A program made the position numbers and the translations under genes. The notes beneath the pieces were generated by a model. That model saw only the letters and a program-made list of their open reading frames with translations, was not told where the DNA came from and made no database searches. Positions 50,871 through 59,595 of a DNA stretch of 64,000 nucleotides are shown in pieces. Each line of letters begins with the position of its first letter. Within the stretch, counting starts at the first letter, position 1. Location: positions 16,595 to 80,594 of the forward strand of contig CANRNF010000003.1 in the NCBI GenBank assembly GCA_947631865.1, given 5' to 3'. Source of the DNA: an uncultured Oscillospiraceae bacterium. Lineage in GTDB: Bacteria > Bacillota > Clostridia > Oscillospirales > Oscillospiraceae.

Positions 50871-51755
50871 CTATTTCCGCTCAAATTGCTTCATATAAGA
50901 GAGATACAGCTGCTCGGCGTGGGTCAGCTCCGCCGGGGGGCGGTGGCCAAGGCCGTAGACGAAAGAGATGGAGGGCTCCAGCTCCACGCAGCGCACGTCC
51001 GGGTCCTCCGCCAGGGCGGCGGCGAACTCCCGGGCGTGCAGGGACACGCCCATCCCCGCCTTCACCAGGTCGATGCAGCCGATGGAGCTGCCCTCGTATA
51101 CCACTTGGGGCACCACGCCAGCCCGCCGGAAGGCCGCTTTGATCAGCGCGGACACGGACCCGCCCCGGGAGGGCAGCAGAAGCCGCTCTCCGCCCAGCCG
51201 CTCCAGGCCCACGCTCCCCGCCGCGGCGCAGGGGTGGTCCCGGCGCAGCAGCGCTACCACAGCGCTCTTCTCCATGGGCATGAACGTGTAGTCCCCGGCC
51301 CCGGCGAAATTGGAATAAGTGGGGAAGATGTTCACCGTCTTTTTCTGGAACATCTCATAGAGGACCAGCTCGTCCGCCTCCACCATGGAGAAGGTGAGCT
51401 CCGGATAGGCCTCCCGGAAGCCGGTGATGTACTTGGCCATGTCATAATACTGGGGGTGCTGCATCACGGCGATGGTCAGGGAGGTGGAGGAGCGGTGCTT
51501 CAAGTCGTCCAGGGCGATCTCCGAGTCCATGCAAAGGGCCGCCAGCTTCTTGGCGTAGGGCAGATACAGCGCCCCCGCCTCGCTGAGGCGGATGCTGCGG
51601 GTTGTGCGGTTGAAAAGGGGCATCCCCAGCTCCTTTTCCATGGCCTGGATGTGCTTGGAGATGGAGGACTGGGAGATGAACAGGCGGGCCGCGGCCTCGC
51701 TGAAACTGCCGCATTCCGCCAGCATCACGAATTCCCGGATGTAGCTGATATCCAT
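50871..51755 (-). CDS. LysR-family transcriptional regulator
   Basis: N-terminal wHTH FSEAAARLFISQSSISKHIQAMEKELG followed by a LysR substrate-binding domain. Confidence 0.88.
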   Translation of the reverse strand: MDISYIREFVMLAECGSFSEAAARLFISQSSISKHIQAMEKELGMPLFNRTTRSIRLSEAGALYLPYAKKLAALCMDSEIALDDLKHRSSTSLTIAVMQHPQYYDMAKYITGFREAYPELTFSMVEADELVLYEMFQKKTVNIFPTYSNFAGAGDYTFMPMEKSAVVALLRRDHPCAAAGSVGLERLGGERLLLPSRGGSVSALIKAAFRRAGVVPQVVYEGSSIGCIDLVKAGMGVSLHAREFAAALAEDPDVRCVELEPSISFVYGLGHRPPAELTHAEQLYLSYMKQFERK

Positions 51756-51789
51756 AGGCGCCTCCCCAAACTGATATATTCCTGGGCAG

Positions 51790-51807
51790 AATAAATCATA
51801 CCTTATT
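51790..51807. promoter_or_regulatory. Interrupted dyad AATAA-N8-TTATT in the divergent LysR intergenic region (candidate LysR box)
   Basis: The inverted repeat is read directly from the sequence. Its position between the LysR gene and the divergent operon fits a T-N11-A-type site. Confidence 0.3.
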
Positions 51808-51902
51808 TGGAATTGTTTTGCAAGCGTGTAAAGGATATATTTGTATCAGACAGTTTTTTGTCGAACTTTAACAAAGAAGAGATCTGCAAGGAGGAAAACA
51901 AC

Positions 51903-52940
51903 ATGCTATTCCAGGTGTATGGAGACAACTCCATCTATCAGGTGATCGGATGGGTGCTGGTGTTCCTGGGCCTCATCCTCACCAACGAGATCCAGCGCCG
52001 CTCCAAGCTGGGCGGCTATGGCTTCTTCGTGGGCATCCTGGGCGCGCTGACGGTGTACTTCATCGCCATCTATGTGGGCGCGGCCAAGGGCGCGGAGTGG
52101 GCCCTGCACAACCCCACCTACATCTACATGAACAGCTGGTTCCATTACGCCAAACTGTACGCCGCCAGCATCGGCTGCATCGGCTTCATGTGGCTGAAGT
52201 ACAAGCACTGCCTGGGGAAGAAGGACTGGTTCAAGTGCTATCCCTTCGTCATCGTGGCCATCAACATCCTCATCGCCGTAGCCAGCGACTTCGAGAGCGC
52301 TGTCAAGGGCTCCATCGCCCTGGCCAACACCGGCAGCCGCTGGTGGCTGTCCAGCGAGGGCGTGTGGCTGTACGGCGGCTGGTGGAACTGGGCCAACGGC
52401 CTGGCCGGCATCATCAACATCCTGTGCATGACCGGCTGGTGGGGCATCTACTCCTCCAAGAAGCACGACGACATGCTCTGGCCCGACATGACCTGGGTCT
52501 ACATCGTGGCCTATGACATCTGGAACTTCGTGTACACCTATCTGAATCTGCCCACTCACTCCTGGTACTGCGGCTTCGCGCTGCTGCTGGCCCCCACCGT
52601 GGCGGCCATCTTCTGGAACAAGGGCGGCTGGATCCAGAACCGGGCCAATACCCTGGCCACTTGGTGCATGTTCGCCCAGGTGTTCCCCATGTTCCAGGAC
52701 TACAGCCGTTTCTCCGTGATCCCCAGCCTGTACGCCGACGGGATCATGGACCCGGCCGTCCATCCCACGCTGGCCGATCCCCGCGCCCAGGGCGTGGTGG
52801 CCGTGCTCAGCATCCTCATCAACTGCGCCGCCCTGGCCCTCATCATCAAGCGGGCCAAGAAGCAGCACATCAACCCCTACAAGCAGGAAGTCTTCAAGGG
52901 CACCCGGGACTTCGAGGAGGCCATGGCCCGCGCCGAGTGA
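51903..52940 (+). CDS. Trp-rich polytopic membrane protein, function unknown
   Basis: About 9-10 TM segments. ATG 51903 follows AAGGAGG. The track ORF begins earlier at a non-ATG codon. Confidence 0.6.
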   Translation: MLFQVYGDNSIYQVIGWVLVFLGLILTNEIQRRSKLGGYGFFVGILGALTVYFIAIYVGAAKGAEWALHNPTYIYMNSWFHYAKLYAASIGCIGFMWLKYKHCLGKKDWFKCYPFVIVAINILIAVASDFESAVKGSIALANTGSRWWLSSEGVWLYGGWWNWANGLAGIINILCMTGWWGIYSSKKHDDMLWPDMTWVYIVAYDIWNFVYTYLNLPTHSWYCGFALLLAPTVAAIFWNKGGWIQNRANTLATWCMFAQVFPMFQDYSRFSVIPSLYADGIMDPAVHPTLADPRAQGVVAVLSILINCAALALIIKRAKKQHINPYKQEVFKGTRDFEEAMARAE

Positions 52941-53028
52941 GCGGCATCTACCGGAATGCGTATCCCCCCAAACATATACCCTATGCCTCCCTCGGGGGGC
53001 ATAGGGCCTGCTAAATGAGGAGAGAATT

Positions 53029-55815
53029 ATGGCTGATATTCATGATCCCAATCCCGATAAAGTCGTGCGGGAGGAGCCCATGCGGGAACCCATCGCCAAG
53101 CTGGGCAAGCTGATCACGGACCGTATCCCCCAGAAGCTGGGCCTCAAGAAGATCACCAAGGACGACCCGGAGTACTGGGCCCTGTCCGCCATCCTCACTG
53201 ACGAGGAGGCGGAGTTCGCCATGAAGCTGGGTGTGCGCAAGCCCAAGACCTTCAAGCAGCTCCAGGAGCTGTCCGGCATGGAGACGGAGAAGCTGGAGAA
53301 GATGCTGGAGCACCTGAGCTGGCTGGGCATCCTGGAGTACAACTGGGAAAACCTGGACGGCAAGAACCCCCAGCATGAAAAGCGCTGGGTCCTGCCCATG
53401 TACGTGCCCGGCAGCGCCGAGTTCACCAACATGAACATGGACGTGATCGGCGAACACCCGGAAATGGGCCGCTTCTTCGAGCGGATGAGCTTCCTGCCCC
53501 TTACGAAGGTCACCCCCATGGTGCCCCCCGGAGGCGCCGGCATCGGCATGCACGTCATCCCCGTTGAGAAGGCCATCGAGATGGAGGACAAGTCCGTCTC
53601 CCTGGAGCATATCTCCCACTGGCTGGATAAATATGACGGCAAGTATGCCGCCAGCCCCTGCTCCTGCCGCCGGTCCCGCCAGACCTATGAGGAGGGCTGC
53701 GCCGACGACTTCATGGACTGGTGCGTGGCCGTGGGCGACATGGCCGACTACGTGGTGGAGACCAACAAGGGCGGCCGCTACATCACCAAGGAGGAGGCCC
53801 TGGCCATCTTCCAGAAGGCCGAGGACAACGGCTTCGTCCACCAGATCACCAACATCGACGGCGAGAACAAGATCTTCGCCATCTGCAACTGCAACGTGAA
53901 CGTGTGCTACGGCCTGCGGACCAGCCAGCTGTTCAACACCCCCAACATGTCCCGCTCCGCCTATGTGGCCCACGTGAACAAGGACGAGTGCGTGGCCTGC
54001 GGCCGGTGCGTGGAGTACTGCCCCGCCGGGGCGGTGAAGCTGGGCCAGAAGCTGTGCAAGGCCGACGGCAGCGAGGTCACCTATCCCCGCCAGCCCCTGC
54101 CCAGCGAGCAGAGCTGGGGCGAGCACATGTGGACCGTGGACTACCGGGACAAGAACCGCATCAACTCCCACGAGTCCGGCACATCTCCCTGCAAGACTGC
54201 CTGCCCGGCCCACATCGCCGTGCAGGGCTATCTGAAGCTGGCGGCCCAGGGCAAGTACACCGAGGCCCTGCAGCTCATCAAGCGGGAGAATCCCTTCCCC
54301 GCGGTGTGCGGCCGCATCTGCAACCGCCGCTGCGAGGACGCCTGCACCCGGGGCACCGTGGACCAGGCCGTGGCCATCGACGAGGTGAAGCGTTTCATCG
54401 CCCAGCAGGACCTGGATGCCAAGACCCGGTTCATCCCCCAGAAGGTCATTCCCAAGGTCCAGGGCGAGTTCGAGGAGAAGATCGCCATCATCGGCGGCGG
54501 CCCGGCGGGCATGAGCTGCGCCTACTATCTGGCGGAGAAGGGCTACCGGCCCACCGTGTTTGAAAAGGAAGCCCGGCCCGGCGGCATGCTCATGAACGGT
54601 ATCCCCTCCTTCCGTCTGGAGAAAGACGTGGTGGAGGCGGAGATCGACGTGCTGCGGGAGATGGGCGTCCAGTTCAAGTGCGGCGTGGAGGTCGGCAGGG
54701 ACGTGACCATCGCCCAGCTCCGGGAGCAGGGCTACAAGGGCTTCTACGTGGCCGTTGGCCTGCAGTCCGGCGGGAAGCTGGGCGTGCCCGGCGACGACGC
54801 TAAGGGCGTGACCGCGGGCATCGACTTCATGCGGGCCGTCAACCTGGAGGGCAAGGTCAGCCTCACCGGCAAGGTCGTGGTCATCGGCGGCGGCAACATC
54901 GCCGCGGACGTGGCCCGTACCGCCGTACGCTGCGGCGCCGAGAGCGTGACCATGTACTGCCTGGAGGGCTATGACGATATGCCCATGGGCGAGGAGGACC
55001 GGTCCGAGTGCGAGCGGGACGGCATCGTCATCCACGCGGGCTGGGGCCAGACCGAGATCGTGGCCAAGGACGGCAAATGCGCCGGCATCAAATTCCGCAA
55101 ATGCCTGTCCGTGAAGAACGCTGAAGGCCGCTTCGCCCCCACCTTTGACGACAGCCAGACCGAGACAGCTGAGTGCACCACTGTTCTTTACTGCATCGGC
55201 CAGAAGGTGGACTGGAAGCAGCTGCTCACCGGCACCAAGGTGGAGTTCAACCCCAACGGCACCGCCAAGGCGGACCCGGTCACCTATCAGACCGCCGAGC
55301 CGGACATCTTCGTGGGCGGCGACGCCTACACCGGCCAGAAGTTCGCCATCGACGCCATCGCCGCCGGCCACCAGGGCGCCGTGAGCCTGCACCGGTTCGT
55401 GCAGCCTCACTCCAGCCTGACCATCGGCCGCAACCCCAACCACTTCGTGGAGCTGAACAAGCAGGACATCAAGATCAACGAGGAGTCCTTCGACAACACG
55501 CCCCGCCAGCGCATCGGCTACAACGAAGCCCTGCGCAAGACCTTCAGGGACGAGCGCATCCCCTTCACCGAGGAACAGGTGAAGAAGGAGACCGCCCGGT
55601 GCCTGGGCTGCGGCGCGTCCATCGTGGACCCCAACAAGTGCATCGGCTGCGGCGTGTGCACCACCAAGTGCGCTTTCGGCGCCATCACATTGCACCGCGA
55701 CCGGCCCGAGTGTACCCACATGATCCCGGCGGAGGATAAGCTGAAGGAGATCCTTCCCTACGCCGCCAAGCAGGCCATCCACATCAAGTTCGGCAAGAAG
55801 AACCAAAATGCATGA
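53029..55815 (+). CDS. Large Fe-S flavoprotein: N-terminal Cys-cluster domain + GltD-like NAD(P)H/FAD oxidoreductase + C-terminal 2x[4Fe-4S] ferredoxin
   Basis: CVACGRCVEYCP, IAIIGGGPAGMSCAYYL..KG (Rossmann fold), VVVIGGGNIAADVA and CLGCGASIVDPNKCIGCGVCTTKC. Confidence 0.75.
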   Translation: MADIHDPNPDKVVREEPMREPIAKLGKLITDRIPQKLGLKKITKDDPEYWALSAILTDEEAEFAMKLGVRKPKTFKQLQELSGMETEKLEKMLEHLSWLGILEYNWENLDGKNPQHEKRWVLPMYVPGSAEFTNMNMDVIGEHPEMGRFFERMSFLPLTKVTPMVPPGGAGIGMHVIPVEKAIEMEDKSVSLEHISHWLDKYDGKYAASPCSCRRSRQTYEEGCADDFMDWCVAVGDMADYVVETNKGGRYITKEEALAIFQKAEDNGFVHQITNIDGENKIFAICNCNVNVCYGLRTSQLFNTPNMSRSAYVAHVNKDECVACGRCVEYCPAGAVKLGQKLCKADGSEVTYPRQPLPSEQSWGEHMWTVDYRDKNRINSHESGTSPCKTACPAHIAVQGYLKLAAQGKYTEALQLIKRENPFPAVCGRICNRRCEDACTRGTVDQAVAIDEVKRFIAQQDLDAKTRFIPQKVIPKVQGEFEEKIAIIGGGPAGMSCAYYLAEKGYRPTVFEKEARPGGMLMNGIPSFRLEKDVVEAEIDVLREMGVQFKCGVEVGRDVTIAQLREQGYKGFYVAVGLQSGGKLGVPGDDAKGVTAGIDFMRAVNLEGKVSLTGKVVVIGGGNIAADVARTAVRCGAESVTMYCLEGYDDMPMGEEDRSECERDGIVIHAGWGQTEIVAKDGKCAGIKFRKCLSVKNAEGRFAPTFDDSQTETAECTTVLYCIGQKVDWKQLLTGTKVEFNPNGTAKADPVTYQTAEPDIFVGGDAYTGQKFAIDAIAAGHQGAVSLHRFVQPHSSLTIGRNPNHFVELNKQDIKINEESFDNTPRQRIGYNEALRKTFRDERIPFTEEQVKKETARCLGCGASIVDPNKCIGCGVCTTKCAFGAITLHRDRPECTHMIPAEDKLKEILPYAAKQAIHIKFGKKNQNA

Positions 55816-56176
55816 GCTTGGCGTGGTGTTCCATGTGATCGACAGTCTGAAGAAGGTGGCTGCCGAGAACGGCGTGGAGCAGATCAGCAAGGTGACCCTC
55901 CAGCTGGGCGAGGTGTCCACCGTCATCCCCAGCTACCTGGCCGACTGCTGGAAATGGGCGTCGGCCAGGGAGCCGCTGGTGAACGGGGCGGAGCTCCTCA
56001 TTGAGCCCATCAAGGCTATCAGCTGGTGCGAGGACTGCCAAAAGCAGTACGGCACCATAGAGCACGGCCGGGAGTGCCCCTACTGCGGCGGCGGGAACAC
56101 CTACCTCTTGCAGGGCAATGAGTTCATGATAAAAGAGATAGAGGTCCCGGGACCGGAGGAGGAGAGCCATGGATAA
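55808..56176 (+). CDS. hypA: Hydrogenase/Ni-enzyme maturation metallochaperone HypA
   Basis: MHELGV N-terminus and a CEDC...CPYCG zinc site; 122 aa. Confidence 0.85.
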   Translation: MHELGVVFHVIDSLKKVAAENGVEQISKVTLQLGEVSTVIPSYLADCWKWASAREPLVNGAELLIEPIKAISWCEDCQKQYGTIEHGRECPYCGGGNTYLLQGNEFMIKEIEVPGPEEESHG

Positions 56177-56837
56177 GGTGCGGGTCATAGAGGTCAAGCA
56201 GAGCGTTTTTGCCGACAACGACGCTGAGGCGGAGCGCATCCGCCGTCAGCTCAAGGAGAAGAAGACCTTCCTCATCAACCTTATGAGTTCCCCCGGCGCG
56301 GGAAAGACCACCACCCTGAAAAGGACTATCGCCGACCTCAAAGATGAGATACGCATCGGCGTCATGGAGGCGGATATCGACGCCACCGTGGACGCGGAGG
56401 CCATCGCCGCCGCCGGCGCGAAGGCCATCCAGATCCACACCGGCGGCATGTGCCACCTGGACGCGGGCATGACCGAGCAGGGCCTTCAGGAGATAGGCGC
56501 GGAGGACTTCGACCTGGTGGTGCTGGAGAACGTGGGCAACCTGGTGTGCCCCGCGGAGTTCGACACCGGCGCCAGCCGCAACGTGGCCATCCTCTCCGTC
56601 CCAGAGGGGCACGACAAGCCCCTGAAGTATCCCCTCATGTTCCAGGTCTGCCAGGCCCTTGTCATCAACAAGATCGACGTGCTGCCGTATTTTGATTTTG
56701 ACATGGATAAGGTGGTGTCCTACGCCAAAATGCGCAATCCCGCCATCGAGATATTCCCCGTCAGCGCCAAGACAGGGGAGGGGTTCGACGCCTGGGAGAA
56801 CTGGCTTCGGACCGAGACCGCCGCCTGGAACAGCTGA
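56169..56837 (+). CDS. hypB: Ni-insertion GTPase HypB
   Basis: P-loop SSPGAGKTT, ENVGNLVCP and NKID motifs. It overlaps hypA. Confidence 0.88.
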   Translation: MDKVRVIEVKQSVFADNDAEAERIRRQLKEKKTFLINLMSSPGAGKTTTLKRTIADLKDEIRIGVMEADIDATVDAEAIAAAGAKAIQIHTGGMCHLDAGMTEQGLQEIGAEDFDLVVLENVGNLVCPAEFDTGASRNVAILSVPEGHDKPLKYPLMFQVCQALVINKIDVLPYFDFDMDKVVSYAKMRNPAIEIFPVSAKTGEGFDAWENWLRTETAAWNS

Positions 56838-56850
56838 ATACACCAAAAAG

Positions 56851-56886
56851 CAAAGAAGCCGCCGGCTCACGCCGGCGGCTTCTTTG
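56851..56886. terminator. Bidirectional terminator hairpin
   Basis: CAAAGAAGCCGCCGGC-TCAC-GCCGGCGGCTTCTTTG. Confidence 0.8.
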
Positions 56887-56892
56887 CGCTCG

Positions 56893-57633
56893 CTATTCGC
56901 TTTCGGTCAGTATCTTTTGCACACGGGCCAGGTCCATATGCTCAAGCACATAGTCCGCTTGGGGGAGGGGCTCCCGGGGGGAGATGTTGGAGCGGATGTA
57001 CACGGTGGAAAGGCCCACGGCCTGGGCGCCCCGGATGTCGCAGACCCCGTCGTTGCCCACCATGACGGCGTCCTCCGGGCGGATGCCCTGCTGGTGCAGA
57101 AGAAGCTGGAAAAACCGCCGGTCCGGCTTTTTGACGCCGTAGTCAGAGGAGAGGTATATGGCGTCGAAGTACTGCTCCAGCCCCAGGCTCCGCAGTTCAT
57201 ACATGGTGAAGATGCGCTGGGCGTTGGACAGCAGCCATACCCGCCGGCCGCTGGCCCGCAGGGCTTTTAAGAGCTCCTCCGCGCCCTCATAGAGGCGGAT
57301 GTAGTCCAATGAACACTTGCGGAAATACTCCCCCGTGCGGACGGCCAGGGCCATGTCGGCCCGGACGCCCTTGTCCTGAAAAAGCCCCAGAAAGACCTTC
57401 TCGATCTGTATTTCCGGGTGTGCCTCATGGGCGTCGCCGGGGCGGCCCGGGGCCTGCTCCAACTGATGGATGAGATCAAAATAGCCGTCCCGCAGCGCCT
57501 CCGGCGTGTATTCCGCGTCCTGTGCCCCGTACCAGCGGGCCATTTCTTCCCACAGTCGGGGCGACTGTTCGTCGGTGCGGATGTCCACCAGCGTGCCGTA
57601 GAGGTCAAAAATGCAATCGTGCCAGCGGCTCAT
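56893..57633 (-). CDS. HAD-superfamily hydrolase
   Basis: Motif I IFDLYGTLVD, a C-terminal VGND motif, 246 aa. Confidence 0.75.
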   Translation of the reverse strand: MSRWHDCIFDLYGTLVDIRTDEQSPRLWEEMARWYGAQDAEYTPEALRDGYFDLIHQLEQAPGRPGDAHEAHPEIQIEKVFLGLFQDKGVRADMALAVRTGEYFRKCSLDYIRLYEGAEELLKALRASGRRVWLLSNAQRIFTMYELRSLGLEQYFDAIYLSSDYGVKKPDRRFFQLLLHQQGIRPEDAVMVGNDGVCDIRGAQAVGLSTVYIRSNISPREPLPQADYVLEHMDLARVQKILTESE

Positions 57634-59582
57634 TCCGTCGCCCCCTCGATATGCTCCAAGGCCTCGTATACCCGCAGCAGCTCGCCCACGCTCCAGGCTT
57701 GGGCAAAGCAGCCCTTGGAGGGGCCGGGCTCGCCGCCGTCGTATATCTCAGGAAGCTGCCCCAGACAGCCTTCCCGTAGCAGGGCGGGCATGTTGGCCAG
57801 CATCCGCCGGACCTGGGCCGCCGCCTGGGGCGTACTGCCGTGGACCTTGAGATAAGCCAGGTACCAGGCGCCCAGGGGGTAGGGCCACACTGTCCCCTGG
57901 TGGTAGGCCATGTCCCGCTCCCGCTGGGGGCCGCCGTAGAAGGGATGGAACTGGGGGTCCTCCGGGGACAGGGTCCGCAGACCATAGGGGGTGTAGAGAT
58001 GACGGTATACCGCGTCCACGACCCGCCGCTCCTGGTCGGGGGAGAGCATGGTGAAGGGCATGGTCACCGCCCATATCTGGTTGCAGCGGAGCTGCTCATC
58101 CGCTTTTGTGCCGGAGAGCACGTCCCTGAGGTAACCCCGGTCCTCCATCCAGAACTTTTCCACGAAGGACCGGCGGACCTTTTCCGCCAGCGCCGCGTAT
58201 TCACTGCCGCTGACCCCAACGATGGGGGCCAGACGGGCCAGGACCCGCAGGGCGCTGTACCAGTAGGCGTTGATCTCCACTGGCTTTCCGTGGCGGGGGG
58301 TGGGGAGGATATCGCCGATGCGAACGTCCATCCATGTGACCTGGTCCAGGCCTTCCCCGGCCCGGATGAGGCCGTCCGCGTCCATGGCGATGGCGAAACG
58401 GGTCCCGGTCTCATAGGCCCGGACGATGCGCTCCAGCACGGGCCATGCCTCCCGGATGAAGGCCTCATCCGCCGTCTTTTGATAATAGAGCCAGACGCAG
58501 TTGATGAGCAGCAGCGGCGCGTCGGCGGAGTTGTACAGGGGCTGGGTCTCACCCTCGGGAAAGAGGTTGGGCACCAGCCCGTCCTTTTCGTAGGCCAGGA
58601 AGGTGCGCAGGATATCCCGGGCCGTGTCGTACTGGCCTCGGGCCAGGACACATCCGGGAAGGGCGATCATGGTATCCCGGCCCCAGTCCCCGAAGAAGGG
58701 GAAGCCCGCCAGGATGGTCTTGCCGCCGGCCCCTGGGCGGTCGGCGATGAAGGCGTCGGCGGCCCGGGCCAGTTCCCGCGCCGCGGGATCCCGGAAGCCG
58801 GAGCGCTCCAGCAGCGCGGCCTGCCGGGCCTCCTCCTCGCGGAGGATGGTTTCAGCGGCTTTGTCTGTAGGTGCGGCAGAGAACGTAAGTTCCAGTTTGC
58901 CCGTTTCTCCGGCGGGCACGGTCAGAGAAGCGGCGCAGCAGATCAACCCCACGCCGCTGGGGGCGCGGCCGTCCTTCTCGTCGTCGGCGTAATAGAGGGC
59001 CTCCCAGCGGGAGGGAACAGCTGCCAGCCTGCCAGTGGGCGTGATATGTACCGTCATGCCGCCGCAGGATACCGCGCCGTCTGCGTACTGAACAGGCCGG
59101 GGTCCCTGGGGCGGTTCGCCCTTGGGGGCAAACTGGAACACCGGCGTCACCTGCAATGTGCAGGGCGCGTCCGAGCAGTTCTCCACCGTGTAGACGAACG
59201 CCGTGGTGTTGGCCCCGTGCTCCATGGCGCACCGGCGGGTGACGAGGACGCCGCCCGTCTCATACTCCCAGCGGGGAAGGCCGTCCCAGACGAATGTACG
59301 CAGCCAGCGGTAGCCGTCCTCGTCGGGCGCGCCGTCACGAAAGCGCTGGGAGGAGAGAAAGGCCGGGCCAGACCCCGTGTCCAGCGTCTCCGACAGCCGG
59401 TGGACGAGGCATGTCCGCCTGTTGGGAGAGCGAGCGGCCAGGAGCATCCCCTGGTCGCAGCGGGAGACGGAAAAGGCAGCCGAGGCGGAGGCAAAGCCGC
59501 CCAAGCCGTTGGCCAGCAGCCAGCAGGTCGCCTCCGCCTGGGGCAGGGCGGCCATATCCGTTTGGTCAAAAGTAAATCGCAT
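57630..59582 (-). CDS. Amylo-alpha-1,6-glucosidase / glycogen debranching enzyme (GDE_C type)
   Basis: 650 aa with FPFFGDWGRDTMIALPG, typical of bacterial/archaeal GDE proteins. Confidence 0.8.
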   Translation of the reverse strand: MRFTFDQTDMAALPQAEATCWLLANGLGGFASASAAFSVSRCDQGMLLAARSPNRRTCLVHRLSETLDTGSGPAFLSSQRFRDGAPDEDGYRWLRTFVWDGLPRWEYETGGVLVTRRCAMEHGANTTAFVYTVENCSDAPCTLQVTPVFQFAPKGEPPQGPRPVQYADGAVSCGGMTVHITPTGRLAAVPSRWEALYYADDEKDGRAPSGVGLICCAASLTVPAGETGKLELTFSAAPTDKAAETILREEEARQAALLERSGFRDPAARELARAADAFIADRPGAGGKTILAGFPFFGDWGRDTMIALPGCVLARGQYDTARDILRTFLAYEKDGLVPNLFPEGETQPLYNSADAPLLLINCVWLYYQKTADEAFIREAWPVLERIVRAYETGTRFAIAMDADGLIRAGEGLDQVTWMDVRIGDILPTPRHGKPVEINAYWYSALRVLARLAPIVGVSGSEYAALAEKVRRSFVEKFWMEDRGYLRDVLSGTKADEQLRCNQIWAVTMPFTMLSPDQERRVVDAVYRHLYTPYGLRTLSPEDPQFHPFYGGPQRERDMAYHQGTVWPYPLGAWYLAYLKVHGSTPQAAAQVRRMLANMPALLREGCLGQLPEIYDGGEPGPSKGCFAQAWSVGELLRVYEALEHIEGATE

Positions 59583-59595
59583 GCTGTTCTCCTTC

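Noticed and set aside
47306-51142. 709-aa and 444-aa plus-strand ORFs opposite the fused ABC importer and the LysR gene
   Set aside because: These are antisense artefacts. The minus-strand genes carry SBP, EAA-loop, Walker A/B and HTH motifs.
53011-55926. 971-aa ORF antisense to the Fe-S flavoprotein gene
   Set aside because: The same reasoning applies. The plus frame has Rossmann and ferredoxin Cys motifs.
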